Shown: positions 40,121 to 48,060 of the stretch, piece after piece
Layout of the letters: each line of letters starts with the position of its first letter
Numbering within the stretch: position 1 is the first letter of the stretch
From: Bacillota bacterium
Lineage (GTDB): Bacteria > Bacillota > JAAYKD01
Assembly (NCBI GenBank): GCA_963666425.2
Contig: OY762825.2
Coordinates: forward strand, 1,408,001 to 1,472,000
DNA length: 64,000 nucleotides
Direction: 5' to 3'
Notes under the pieces: generated by a model
The model's database searches: none
The model's input: only the letters and a program-made list of their open reading frames with translations
Told to the model about the DNA's origin: nothing
Position numbers and translations under genes: made by a program

Positions 40121-40304
40121 TGAACCTGCTGTGTTGAAGCCCAAGATAAGAACGCCGGACAAAGAGAAGAACAATTAGAGCCGTTTGTTTTGGAAGATCA
40201 TTTTGGATACATGTTCCGGTGTGGCAGTGCCCTGGGTCGAGATGTGTGATACCCACTTCTCGGACTTCACAACGTGAACGGTAAGCCGCTAAACACACTA
40301 TTCA
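40121..40304 (+). ncRNA. Candidate structured ncRNA (6S RNA-sized rod)
   Basis: 184 nt with nested pairings TGAA/TTCA, TGTGTT/AACACA, AGC/GCT, GCCGTTT/GAACGGT, GAAG/CTTC, TCCG/CGGA, GTGG/CCAC; unpaired purine-rich 5' strand; TTGACA at 40066 but weak -10. Confidence 0.3.
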
Positions 40305-40864
40305 CTCAATAATTAAATGCGAACTGTATATTCACCATTCTTTTGTGTGAAACGAGATCGCTGCGCGGGTCTCACCAATTAATCCGCCATTGGTTTATTT
40401 TGATCTGTTTAATTCCCGTTCTTTTGTTTAGTGTTTGAAAAATCTAATGAATTTTCTTTGAGCACTTCCAACTATTTCAGTTTTTAATTATACTTATCTA
40501 AAATGTTATTATATCATTCTAAATTCCTCTTTTACTAACTAAATTCCTTTCATTTTTGAATTATTTAATTATCAAGCTGATTAACTGGAATAGTGAAAAT
40601 CTATTCATCCCACACTTTAAACAACGAATAATCTGAAGGATACATATCAACGGTCCACATTTTAACAACCCCCTAAGGGGTACGAATTCTACCTAACCGT
40701 TACTATTTCAGCGATGATAGTTCCCTCCCCTTTCCTTGCCCAAATAATGAAAAACGAGCCTTCAAAGCAGACTTTTTCAACTTGAAAGCTCATTTTAATC
40801 ATATAATTGGCACGTTTTACAGAAAAAATTAAATAATCTATTGTATCAATAGCTGAATCCTGAT

Positions 40865-40890
40865 TGAGAAGAGAGGTGTGATTCGAACCT
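40865..40890 (-). other. Degenerate tRNA 3'-end remnant (possible att site)
   Basis: Minus strand AGGTTCGAATCACACCTCTCTTCTCA resembles the T-arm plus acceptor end GGTTCGAATCCC.CCCTCTCCGCCA; no 5' half is visible. Confidence 0.35.
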
Positions 40891-40965
40891 ATACCGGAAC
40901 GTTATTCAACAAGGTTTACTTCTTTCATTCAACTCATATATTTGCATAGCAACTAACCAACAAAA

Positions 40966-41006
40966 AAAAATCCAATCAGAACATAAGCTGTTCTGATTGG
41001 ATTTTT
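40966..41006. terminator. Terminator duplicated with the transketolase 3' copy
   Basis: AAAAATCCAATCAGAAC / GTTCTGATTGGATTTTT; same arms as 44195..44235. Confidence 0.85.
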
Positions 41007-41035
41007 AGTAATATCGACTTTTTTTATCGACTATC

Positions 41036-41650
41036 TTACTTTCTCGCCAAGGCTTCCTTCGCCGCCTGCACAATGTGGGCAGTGGTCAAGCCGTATTTTT
41101 CCAGCAACGCGTCCGGTTTGCCGGACTCGCCAAAGGTATCGTTAATGCCAACTCTTAGCAGCGGAGCCGGGTATTGTTCGGCCAGCAATTCCGCCACGGC
41201 GCTGCCCAGGCCGTTGATAATGCTGTGTTCTTCTGCAGTCACAATGGCGCCGGTTTTCTGCACGGAGGCAAGGATGGTGGCACTGTCAAACGGTTTGATA
41301 AAGAGCACATTAATCACTTTGGCCGCAATGCCTTCTGCCGCCAGCAGATCGGCCGTTTCCACCGCATCGGCAGGCGCAATCACCACCATATTGGGAATGC
41401 CGAGCATCAGACCGAGATCTTCCACCGATTGATGAGTGGCGCCGTCTTCTCCCACGGTTAGTCTGGCGTGGGTGGCCACAATTTTTACGTTCATTTTAGG
41501 GTAGGCAATGGAGTTACGGATTTGGTCATAGGCACGTCCGGTCATAAAGATGGCAAAGGTGCTGATAAAGGGGGTCTTGCCGCTGGCGGCAAAACCGGCG
41601 GCGATGCCGGTCATATCGGCTTCGGCAATGCCGCAACTGAAAAAGCGCTC
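41036..41650 (-). pseudogene. tkt: Truncated, internally deleted copy of transketolase C-terminal subunit
   Basis: Matches 44283..45082 from ERFFSCGIAE onward. It lacks the N-terminus, has a 62-codon in-frame deletion, and carries substitutions in conserved motifs (THAG->THAR, LMRG->LMLG). Confidence 0.88.
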
Positions 41651-41680
41651 TATGTTAAGCGCACCACCGGTATGGAACAG

Positions 41681-41818
41681 GATAGTACGGTTGTTTTGAA
41701 CGTGCTCATCGGTAATTGGTGCTTCGCCATGCAGATCTTCTTCCTCCACATTATAATTCATCGTTTCTATTGCATGATTCTTTGCGGCAATCGTCAATGC
41801 AGGCAGAAAATCCGCAAG
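41681..41818 (-). pseudogene. dinD: Fragment of DNA-damage-inducible protein D (DinD) C-terminal region
   Basis: LADFLPALTIAAKNHAIETMNYNVEEEDLHGEAPITDEHVQNNRT resembles the DinD LADFLP.LTIAAK...EHV.NN motif (recognised from memory). Confidence 0.7.
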
Positions 41819-41908
41819 TCAAAACCTAGATATTATCGCGACCAATTGAGCTTGTTAAAGAGCCTTAAAGAAGAATATGATCTCGATATCATAGATAAAA
41901 CTATGCTT

Positions 41909-42970
41909 TTATACCTTTGCTTCTCTAAAACTCAAAAGTTCAATACTCTTGTACCAATAAAAATAAGCTTCCGGATCAAACTTCATAATGGACTTGAATT
42001 TTTTGAAATCAGGATGTTCGATGACAAATTCTCTTAGGTCTATTTTAGGATTGAATTTCTCAACCTCAGAAATATCATACTTTAAAAGAAGAGCCAGGTA
42101 TGCTGCCTTAGAAGCACTATTAACAGCATTTTCCAAAATGTAATTCTTAGAAAAGATGTAGTCCTTTATTCTATTCACTCCGGTTTGTAATTGAGCAAAG
42201 GTCTCCTTTTCAATCCGTCCTCTTTCACTTAAAATCTTTGAGGTTTCAAATATATCATTAAGAACATCCGCATAAGATAGATCTTCGTCTTTTTTTCTGT
42301 ATGTTAATTCTTGTTTTGCCATATGCCTAAAAGTATTCCTTACGTCATCTATATCTTCCATTTCGTCAAATAAGTTACCTACATCAAACAGTTGCTTTAT
42401 GATTTCCAATTCTTTGTTTTTCCCATAGGGTATGCCTGTAGTATTCGGTGCATAGGCTGTAAGTTTGTCACCGAGGATACAGTCGACACTCGGCATTGTT
42501 ACTTTCACTGCTGGTTCTGAGTACTCAATTAAGCTACAGTCAATAATTTTTTCTATTACTTTTACATAGTGGCTTTTATCAAAGAGCACATCTAGTAGAA
42601 TATAGCTTTCTTCACCGTCAAGAACCGATGTATAGACCATTTTATAATGAGCTTTAGGTACTTCATTATTTCCTTGTCTAACATTCTCCTCAAAGCGAAT
42701 AAAAATCTCACTTCCCTCTACGATTTTAGAAAGCACCTCTTCCATGTCAATATCCTGCTTCTTTTCCTCTATAATGATGTCAATATCAATTGAAAACCTA
42801 TGCATTTTATTGAGCAACAGTAATAACGATGTCCCACCTTTGAATATGAATTTTAAGTCCGTTCTTGCCAGCTCTTCTAATAAGTGAAGTGCTTTGGTTA
42901 CTTTTTCAATAAGCGTAGGATCTGCTTTTTTTTCCCTCTCACATATTGACTGCTTTTCTTTAATATCCAT
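41909..42970 (-). CDS. abiEii: AbiEii/AbiGii family nucleotidyltransferase toxin (type IV TA)
   Basis: IEK..., FKGGTSL, RFSIDID (DNA pol beta-like NTase motif), DKLTAY, KQLFDV. Confidence 0.9.
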   Translation of the reverse strand: MDIKEKQSICEREKKADPTLIEKVTKALHLLEELARTDLKFIFKGGTSLLLLLNKMHRFSIDIDIIIEEKKQDIDMEEVLSKIVEGSEIFIRFEENVRQGNNEVPKAHYKMVYTSVLDGEESYILLDVLFDKSHYVKVIEKIIDCSLIEYSEPAVKVTMPSVDCILGDKLTAYAPNTTGIPYGKNKELEIIKQLFDVGNLFDEMEDIDDVRNTFRHMAKQELTYRKKDEDLSYADVLNDIFETSKILSERGRIEKETFAQLQTGVNRIKDYIFSKNYILENAVNSASKAAYLALLLKYDISEVEKFNPKIDLREFVIEHPDFKKFKSIMKFDPEAYFYWYKSIELLSFREAKV

Positions 42971-43008
42971 TCTTTTGTGTAAGTTGTCTCATTTATCATT
43001 TGTGCACC

Positions 43009-43758
43009 TCACATTAATAATTCGTCTTCCTCAATATCAGTCTCCTTTTTAAGAAAAAAAATCAATCTATCCTTTACATGTCTCTTGTTGGCATACTGCC
43101 CTAATGTTGACTGGTTGATATTGAAAATCTTAAAAAACTCCTGAAATATATTCTGAAGCTCTGCTCCTTGATAGGTGGCGAACAACTCATCATCCGTAAA
43201 AATATCTACCATGATCTTCTCAATTGTAGGAACTTTTAAATCTTCTCTTTCTGTCAAAGGTGATGTCATCGTAAGTTTTTTTATGATAATATTGTTTTGA
43301 CCGGATATTACATAATTCTCTACTTCAAACTTTCCTGGGTTTAAGTAGACATCTCTATACGATTCTTTCAGAAAGGCAAATACCGCAGGTGCAGCATCCT
43401 TCTCTACTTCCAAGATTATGTTGCTGCTGAATGCCTGATGTACCATGTAGTTATTCAACCACGAAGTCTCCCAGATAGCCACATCCGTATAAGGAAACTG
43501 TTTTTTAACTTTCACAAACAAACTGGTGAGTTTTCTATCTATTGCCGGTTCAAAATCTTTTTTGCTATTTGTTGCATAAACACCTTTCTTCAGCGTGCTG
43601 ATTACTCCATCATTTTTTAGAGTATAAACCCTCGACCTAAAAGTTGTTTTCTTTAAGTCCGGCTCACAATCTGCATAAAAACGATACAAATCATTACTAC
43701 TAAATGGTTTATCACCGAAATATATCTTTATTTCTTTTGTTCTTAACTTATCATTCAT
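43009..43758 (-). CDS. AbiEi-like antitoxin (DUF6577-like) with N-terminal wHTH
   Basis: RVYTLKNDGVISTLKKGVY wHTH and PTIEKIMVD; directly upstream of abiEii. Start placed at ATG 43758 after GGAG; the ORF-track extension runs through the operator repeats. Confidence 0.8.
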   Translation of the reverse strand: MNDKLRTKEIKIYFGDKPFSSNDLYRFYADCEPDLKKTTFRSRVYTLKNDGVISTLKKGVYATNSKKDFEPAIDRKLTSLFVKVKKQFPYTDVAIWETSWLNNYMVHQAFSSNIILEVEKDAAPAVFAFLKESYRDVYLNPGKFEVENYVISGQNNIIIKKLTMTSPLTEREDLKVPTIEKIMVDIFTDDELFATYQGAELQNIFQEFFKIFNINQSTLGQYANKRHVKDRLIFFLKKETDIEEDELLM

Positions 43759-43783
43759 TACAATCATCTCCATTTCAGAACCC

Positions 43784-43888
43784 AACATAAGGAGCATTTT
43801 AAATTTTAGCTCCTTATGTTTAACTATCGAAATCACTATTTTCTACCCAACATACGGAGCCTTTTTTATTTTTGCTCCTTATGTTTGG
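43784..43888. promoter_or_regulatory. Two operator inverted repeats of the AbiE operon
   Basis: AACATAAGGAGC-13 nt-GCTCCTTATGTT (43784-43820) and CCAAACATACGGAGC-13 nt-GCTCCTTATGTTTGG (43846-43888). Confidence 0.8.
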
Positions 43889-43896
43889 TTGTTACA

Positions 43897-43925
43897 ATTA
43901 TATAACAAATGATTTTATTATGCAA
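43897..43925 (-). promoter_or_regulatory. Sigma-A promoter of the AbiE operon
   Basis: TTGCAT-17 bp-TATAAT on the minus strand, just upstream of the operator repeats. Confidence 0.75.
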
Positions 43926-44194
43926 GAATTAAATCAAACATTCGGATCGGATGACCAACTATCGAGCAATTTTTCAGATGACAGCATAAAGTCCTTTACA
44001 TCACGTTTTGAACCGCTACCCAATTGAACCATTTTCGTGGTCTCACGGAAATGGGTGGCCGCCTCTATTCCTATAATCTAGCAGGTACCTATTGCACGAG
44101 AAATTGCATTATCGTAATTTTCCCATCGCTCAGAGCCGAGTAACGGCATCAACTCTCTGGCAAACCAAAATGTGAAATAAGACCTAGCTATAAC

Positions 44195-44235
44195 AAAAAT
44201 CCAATCAGAGCCTAGGCAGTTCTGATTGGATTTTT
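44195..44235. terminator. Terminator of the transketolase operon
   Basis: AAAAATCCAATCAGA / TCTGATTGGATTTTT. Confidence 0.85.
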
Positions 44236-44282
44236 ATATGTTTAATATTTATAGGGTTATCGGCTTATTCTTTTCAAACTGA

Positions 44283-45221
44283 CTACTTTCTCGCTAACGC
44301 ATCCTTCGCCGCCTGCACAATATGAGCGGCTGTCAAACCGTATTTTTCCAACAGTGCGTCTGGTTTGCCGGATTCGCCAAAGGTGTCGTTGATGCCAACT
44401 CTTTGCAGCGGAGCCGGGTATTGTTCGGCCAGCAGTTCTGCTACGGCGCTGCCCAGGCCATTGATAATGCTGTGTTCTTCCGCAGTCACAATGGCGCCGG
44501 TTTTCTGCACGGAGGCAAGAATGGTGGCGCTGTCAAACGGTTTGATAAAGGGCACATTAATCACTTCGGCCGTAATGCCTTCTGCCGCCAGCAGATCGGC
44601 CGCTTCCAGTGCGAGTGCGGTCATCATGCCGGTGGCAGCCAGGGTAATGTCTTTGCCTTGGCGCAGGACATTGGCTTTGCCCCATTCCAGTTTATAATCG
44701 TCGCCGAAGAGGACCGGTATGGCGGAGCGGCCCATGCGGATGTAGACCGGGCCCTGATAAGCGGCAGCCAGGCGAACCGCCGCGGCTGTTTCCACTGCAT
44801 CGGCGGGTGCAATCACCACCATATTGGGAATGCCGCGCATCAAGCCGAGATCTTCCACCGATTGATGGGTGGCGCCGTCTTCTCCCACGGTCAACCCGGC
44901 ATGGGTGGCCACAATTTTTACGTTCATTTTAGGGTAAGCCACCGAGTTGCGGATTTGGTCATAAGCGCGGCCGGTCATAAAGATGGCAAAGGTGCTGATA
45001 AAGGGCGTCTTGCCGCTGGCAGCCAAGCCGGCGGCGATGCCGGTCATATCGGCTTCGGCAATGCCGCAGCTGAAAAAGCGTTCCGGATACACCTTGGCAA
45101 AACCGATGGTCAAGGTGGAGGTGGCCACATCGGCATCCAGAACAACAATATTAGGGTTTTCGGCGCCAAGCGCAATTAAGGTTTCCTGATAGGCCTCACG
45201 GGCTGCTTTAAGTGTTGTCAT
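44283..45221 (-). CDS. tkt: Transketolase, C-terminal (pyrimidine-binding) subunit
   Basis: GIAEADM, RAYDQIR, GEDGATHQ, TAEEHSIINGLGS. Confidence 0.95.
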   Translation of the reverse strand: MTTLKAAREAYQETLIALGAENPNIVVLDADVATSTLTIGFAKVYPERFFSCGIAEADMTGIAAGLAASGKTPFISTFAIFMTGRAYDQIRNSVAYPKMNVKIVATHAGLTVGEDGATHQSVEDLGLMRGIPNMVVIAPADAVETAAAVRLAAAYQGPVYIRMGRSAIPVLFGDDYKLEWGKANVLRQGKDITLAATGMMTALALEAADLLAAEGITAEVINVPFIKPFDSATILASVQKTGAIVTAEEHSIINGLGSAVAELLAEQYPAPLQRVGINDTFGESGKPDALLEKYGLTAAHIVQAAKDALARK

Positions 45222-45232
45222 CTTAATCTCCT

Positions 45233-46042
45233 TCACTCCGCCAATTCCGCCAGCGCCAGCGCCAGTTGTTCTGCATTGGGCGCGGTGCCATGCCAGGACG
45301 CTTTGTTTTCCATAAAGGAAATCCCTTTGCCCTTGACCGTATGGGCTAAAATAAGGGTTGGTTTTTCGGTTTCGCGGCGGGCGGCGGCAAAACCTCGGCG
45401 AATGTCGTCGAAATTATGGCCGTCAATTTCTACCACGTTCCAACCAAAGGCCAAGTATTTTTCTATTAAGGGGAATACGCTCATCACGTCGCAGACTTTT
45501 CCGGTGATCTGCAGATCATTGTTGTCTAAGATTGCCGTCAGGTTTGCCAAATTATAATGGCCGGCCGTCATGGCAGCCTCCCAAATTTGCCCTTCCTGCT
45601 GTTCGCCATCGCCCATCACCGCGTAAATCCGGCTGCTGCGCTGGTCCATCCGAGCCGCCAAAGCCATGCCGACGGCTATGGAAAGGCCCTGCCCCAGCGA
45701 ACCGCTGGTGAAGTCAACCCCGGGCGTTTTGTTCATATCGGGATGTCCCTGCAGACGGCTGTTGATCTGCCGAAAGGTCATCAGCTCCGCTTTGGGGAAA
45801 TAACCCCTGGCTGAGAGGGTGGCGTAATAAACCGGCGTGGCGTGCCCTTTGCTGAGCACAAAGCGGTCGCGGTTGGGGTCACGGGGGTTCTTCGGATCAA
45901 TCTGCATTTCTTCAAAATAAAGGACGCTCAGCAGTTCCACCAAAGATAAGGAACCACCGGGATGACCGGATTTAGCTGTGGCGACCATTTTCACAATGTC
46001 GCGCCGGGTTTCTTTGGCAAGGGCAAAGAGGTCGGTTTGCAT
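45233..46042 (-). CDS. tkt: Transketolase, N-terminal (TPP-binding) subunit
   Basis: SGHPGGSLS, DRFVLSKGH, GSLGQG, GDGEQQEG...DNN, HTVKGKG. Confidence 0.95.
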   Translation of the reverse strand: MQTDLFALAKETRRDIVKMVATAKSGHPGGSLSLVELLSVLYFEEMQIDPKNPRDPNRDRFVLSKGHATPVYYATLSARGYFPKAELMTFRQINSRLQGHPDMNKTPGVDFTSGSLGQGLSIAVGMALAARMDQRSSRIYAVMGDGEQQEGQIWEAAMTAGHYNLANLTAILDNNDLQITGKVCDVMSVFPLIEKYLAFGWNVVEIDGHNFDDIRRGFAAARRETEKPTLILAHTVKGKGISFMENKASWHGTAPNAEQLALALAELAE

Positions 46043-46157
46043 TTGTTTCACACTCCTGCTTTCTTTTATCGGTTTGTGCCGGATTGCTTGTTTCTGAAGC
46101 CTTTTCGCAGGCGAACAAGCGAATCCCTTTTTGTATTTTCAATCCTGTTGAAAGCGG

Positions 46158-46901
46158 CTATTTCTTATTTGCCGCTCTTTTTTGCTTTTTTACTTCCCGC
46201 ATGAATTTGGGGATGGCCAGCAATCGTCCCATACGTTTGGGGTCGCGCAAAGCCCGGTAAAGCCATTCCATGCGAATGGATTGAATCCAGTGCGGCGCCC
46301 GCTTTTCCACGCCGGCCATGACATTAAAACTGCCGCCCACCCCGATGCAGACAGGCACGTTCAATTCTTTCAGGTGTTTCTGAATCCACAATTCCGCCGG
46401 GCGTGGTTTACCCAAAGCGCAGAAGAGCATATCTACTTTTGCTTCGGCAATGGTTTTAATCATGATGGCTTCTTCCGTTTCATCAAAATAGCCGTCATGG
46501 GTGCCGCATACCACCAAACCGGGGTAGCGCGTCACCGCCTGGATCACCGCTTTTTCCGCCACACCGGGCGCCGCGCCTAAAAAGTAGGTGCGGTATTTTT
46601 TTCCGGCCGCTACTCGCAGCATTTCCTGCATTAAGTCGTAACCGGCCACCCGTTCCGGCAAAGGGCTACCCAGTTCCCGTGCGGCCCAAAGAATCCCGCT
46701 GCCATCGGGCACCAGCAGATCCGCCTTTTTTAAGGCCCGGCCGAATTCTTTTTCTTGCAGGCCGTTCCAGGCAATTTCCGGATTGATGGTGACGATATGC
46801 GACGGCGTGCGTTTTTCAATGCGCTTTTCTACCCAGGCTACCGCCTCCGGCATGGTCAGGCCGCTGACCTGAAAGCCAACAATATTCACCGTTTTATTCA
46901 T
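46158..46901 (-). CDS. tagA: WecB/TagA/CpsF family glycosyltransferase
   Basis: VTINPE, PDGSG, ERVAGYDL, HDGYF, GVGGSF, KRAP, EWLYR. Confidence 0.9.
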   Translation of the reverse strand: MNKTVNIVGFQVSGLTMPEAVAWVEKRIEKRTPSHIVTINPEIAWNGLQEKEFGRALKKADLLVPDGSGILWAARELGSPLPERVAGYDLMQEMLRVAAGKKYRTYFLGAAPGVAEKAVIQAVTRYPGLVVCGTHDGYFDETEEAIMIKTIAEAKVDMLFCALGKPRPAELWIQKHLKELNVPVCIGVGGSFNVMAGVEKRAPHWIQSIRMEWLYRALRDPKRMGRLLAIPKFMREVKKQKRAANKK

Positions 46902-48060
46902 GGCGATCCTCCTCAATGGCGGCAAAAGCCAATTGCGCGCTGAGCATGGCCTGCTCGCGTAACTGATTGAGGGTTCGCAGTTCCGCTTCGCCCAAAGTGC
47001 TGCCGCTGTCCAATTGTGCTGTTACCAACGCATACAATTCTTCGCTTCGCAAATCCAAAATATTACCGGCGATGGTTTGCTGCACGCGCCGGGCAAAATG
47101 ATCCACTTTGGGATCATAGCGAATGGCAATGGCTTTGGTTTGCGCCACCGCCGCAAAAACCAGGGCATGCAGCCGCACGCCAATCAGCAAATCACAGGCG
47201 TCAATCAGGGAGATGACTTCCTCCACATGATGCCCGGTGGGTAAGACAGCGGTTTGTTGCTGGTTCTTCATGCGGGCCAGGATGGCTCTCGATATTTTCT
47301 CATCATCATTTTCCTGCATGGGAATAAAGACGATGCGCGCGTTTCTTTCTGCGACCAATCGGTCTAAGGTGAGCGCCAGTTGTTCCACCCATTTTTCGTT
47401 GTCACCCCAGGGGCGAACGGAGACGCCAATCAGCGGGCCGCTGCCCGGCTGCAGCTGCAATTGCTGCAGCAGCTGCTCGCCTAATTTGGCTTCCGGCCGG
47501 GGAAACAGGAGCACCGGGTCAGCGGAGAGTTGAATGCGCTCGGCTTTTAAGCCAAGCCGCTGCAGTTCTTCCACCGATTCGGCATCGCGCACCGTAATTG
47601 CCCTGGCGCGTTTTAAGATCAGCGAGGTCAGGCGTCGGTTCCACTTGCCGTTCAAGGGTCCGATGCCTTGCGCATAGATCATGAAAGGGCAGCGGTGCAA
47701 AATCGCCAACAGCAAAATGGCCAGATAATAGCGCAGGCTGCGTGAACTGGTCACGTCCTGTAAGAGACTGCCGCCGCCGCTGATCAGCAAATCACTGCTG
47801 CCCAAGGCATGCCAAATGGCGGCAAAGTCGGTGCGCGAGAGAGAACGCACACCGTGGCTCTGCCGGGTGACATTCGGATTCGCCGATAAAACGGTCAGCT
47901 CCGCCGCGCTGTTCTGCTGCAGCAGGGCTTTCTGCACGGAAGTCAGAATGGCTTCGTCGCCCAGATTGCTGAAACCGTAATAACCGGAAATTAAAATCCG
48001 CGCCGCTCTCGCAGCTCCAGGCCGCTCTGCTGCTTTAGAGTTCTGTTTGCTTGTTGTCAT
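46894..48060 (-). CDS. csaB: Polysaccharide pyruvyl transferase CsaB
   Basis: ISGYYGFSNLGDEAIL, SGGGSLLQDVTSSRSLRYY, YAQGIGP, VRLHAL, YDPKV. Confidence 0.93.
   Translation of the reverse strand: MTTSKQNSKAAERPGAARAARILISGYYGFSNLGDEAILTSVQKALLQQNSAAELTVLSANPNVTRQSHGVRSLSRTDFAAIWHALGSSDLLISGGGSLLQDVTSSRSLRYYLAILLLAILHRCPFMIYAQGIGPLNGKWNRRLTSLILKRARAITVRDAESVEELQRLGLKAERIQLSADPVLLFPRPEAKLGEQLLQQLQLQPGSGPLIGVSVRPWGDNEKWVEQLALTLDRLVAERNARIVFIPMQENDDEKISRAILARMKNQQQTAVLPTGHHVEEVISLIDACDLLIGVRLHALVFAAVAQTKAIAIRYDPKVDHFARRVQQTIAGNILDLRSEELYALVTAQLDSGSTLGEAELRTLNQLREQAMLSAQLAFAAIEEDRHE

Larger units (their letters stand above)
23200..44240. mobile_element. AT-rich defence-type genomic island at the 3' end of transketolase (no integrase in window; boundaries approximate)
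   Basis: Visible drop in GC; cargo of defence-like genes; duplicated tkt 3' end and terminator; degenerate tRNA end; dinD fragment. Confidence 0.6.

Noticed and set aside
39927-40298. 123-aa minus-strand ORF as a ninth operon gene
   Set aside because: No clear RBS or recognisable motifs; it overlaps the likely promoter region and the structured RNA candidate.
40865-40890. Functional tRNA gene
   Set aside because: Only a T-loop-like fragment; no D-arm, anticodon arm or paired acceptor stem.
41036-41797. 253-aa ORF as a functional transketolase subunit
   Set aside because: It is a chimera of a dinD fragment and a truncated, internally deleted tkt copy with motif substitutions.
44322-45179. 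Long antisense ORFs (also 53468..54391, 11752..12405, 17433..18131, 49046..49699)
   Set aside because: Shadow frames opposite well-supported genes, as expected from codon bias.
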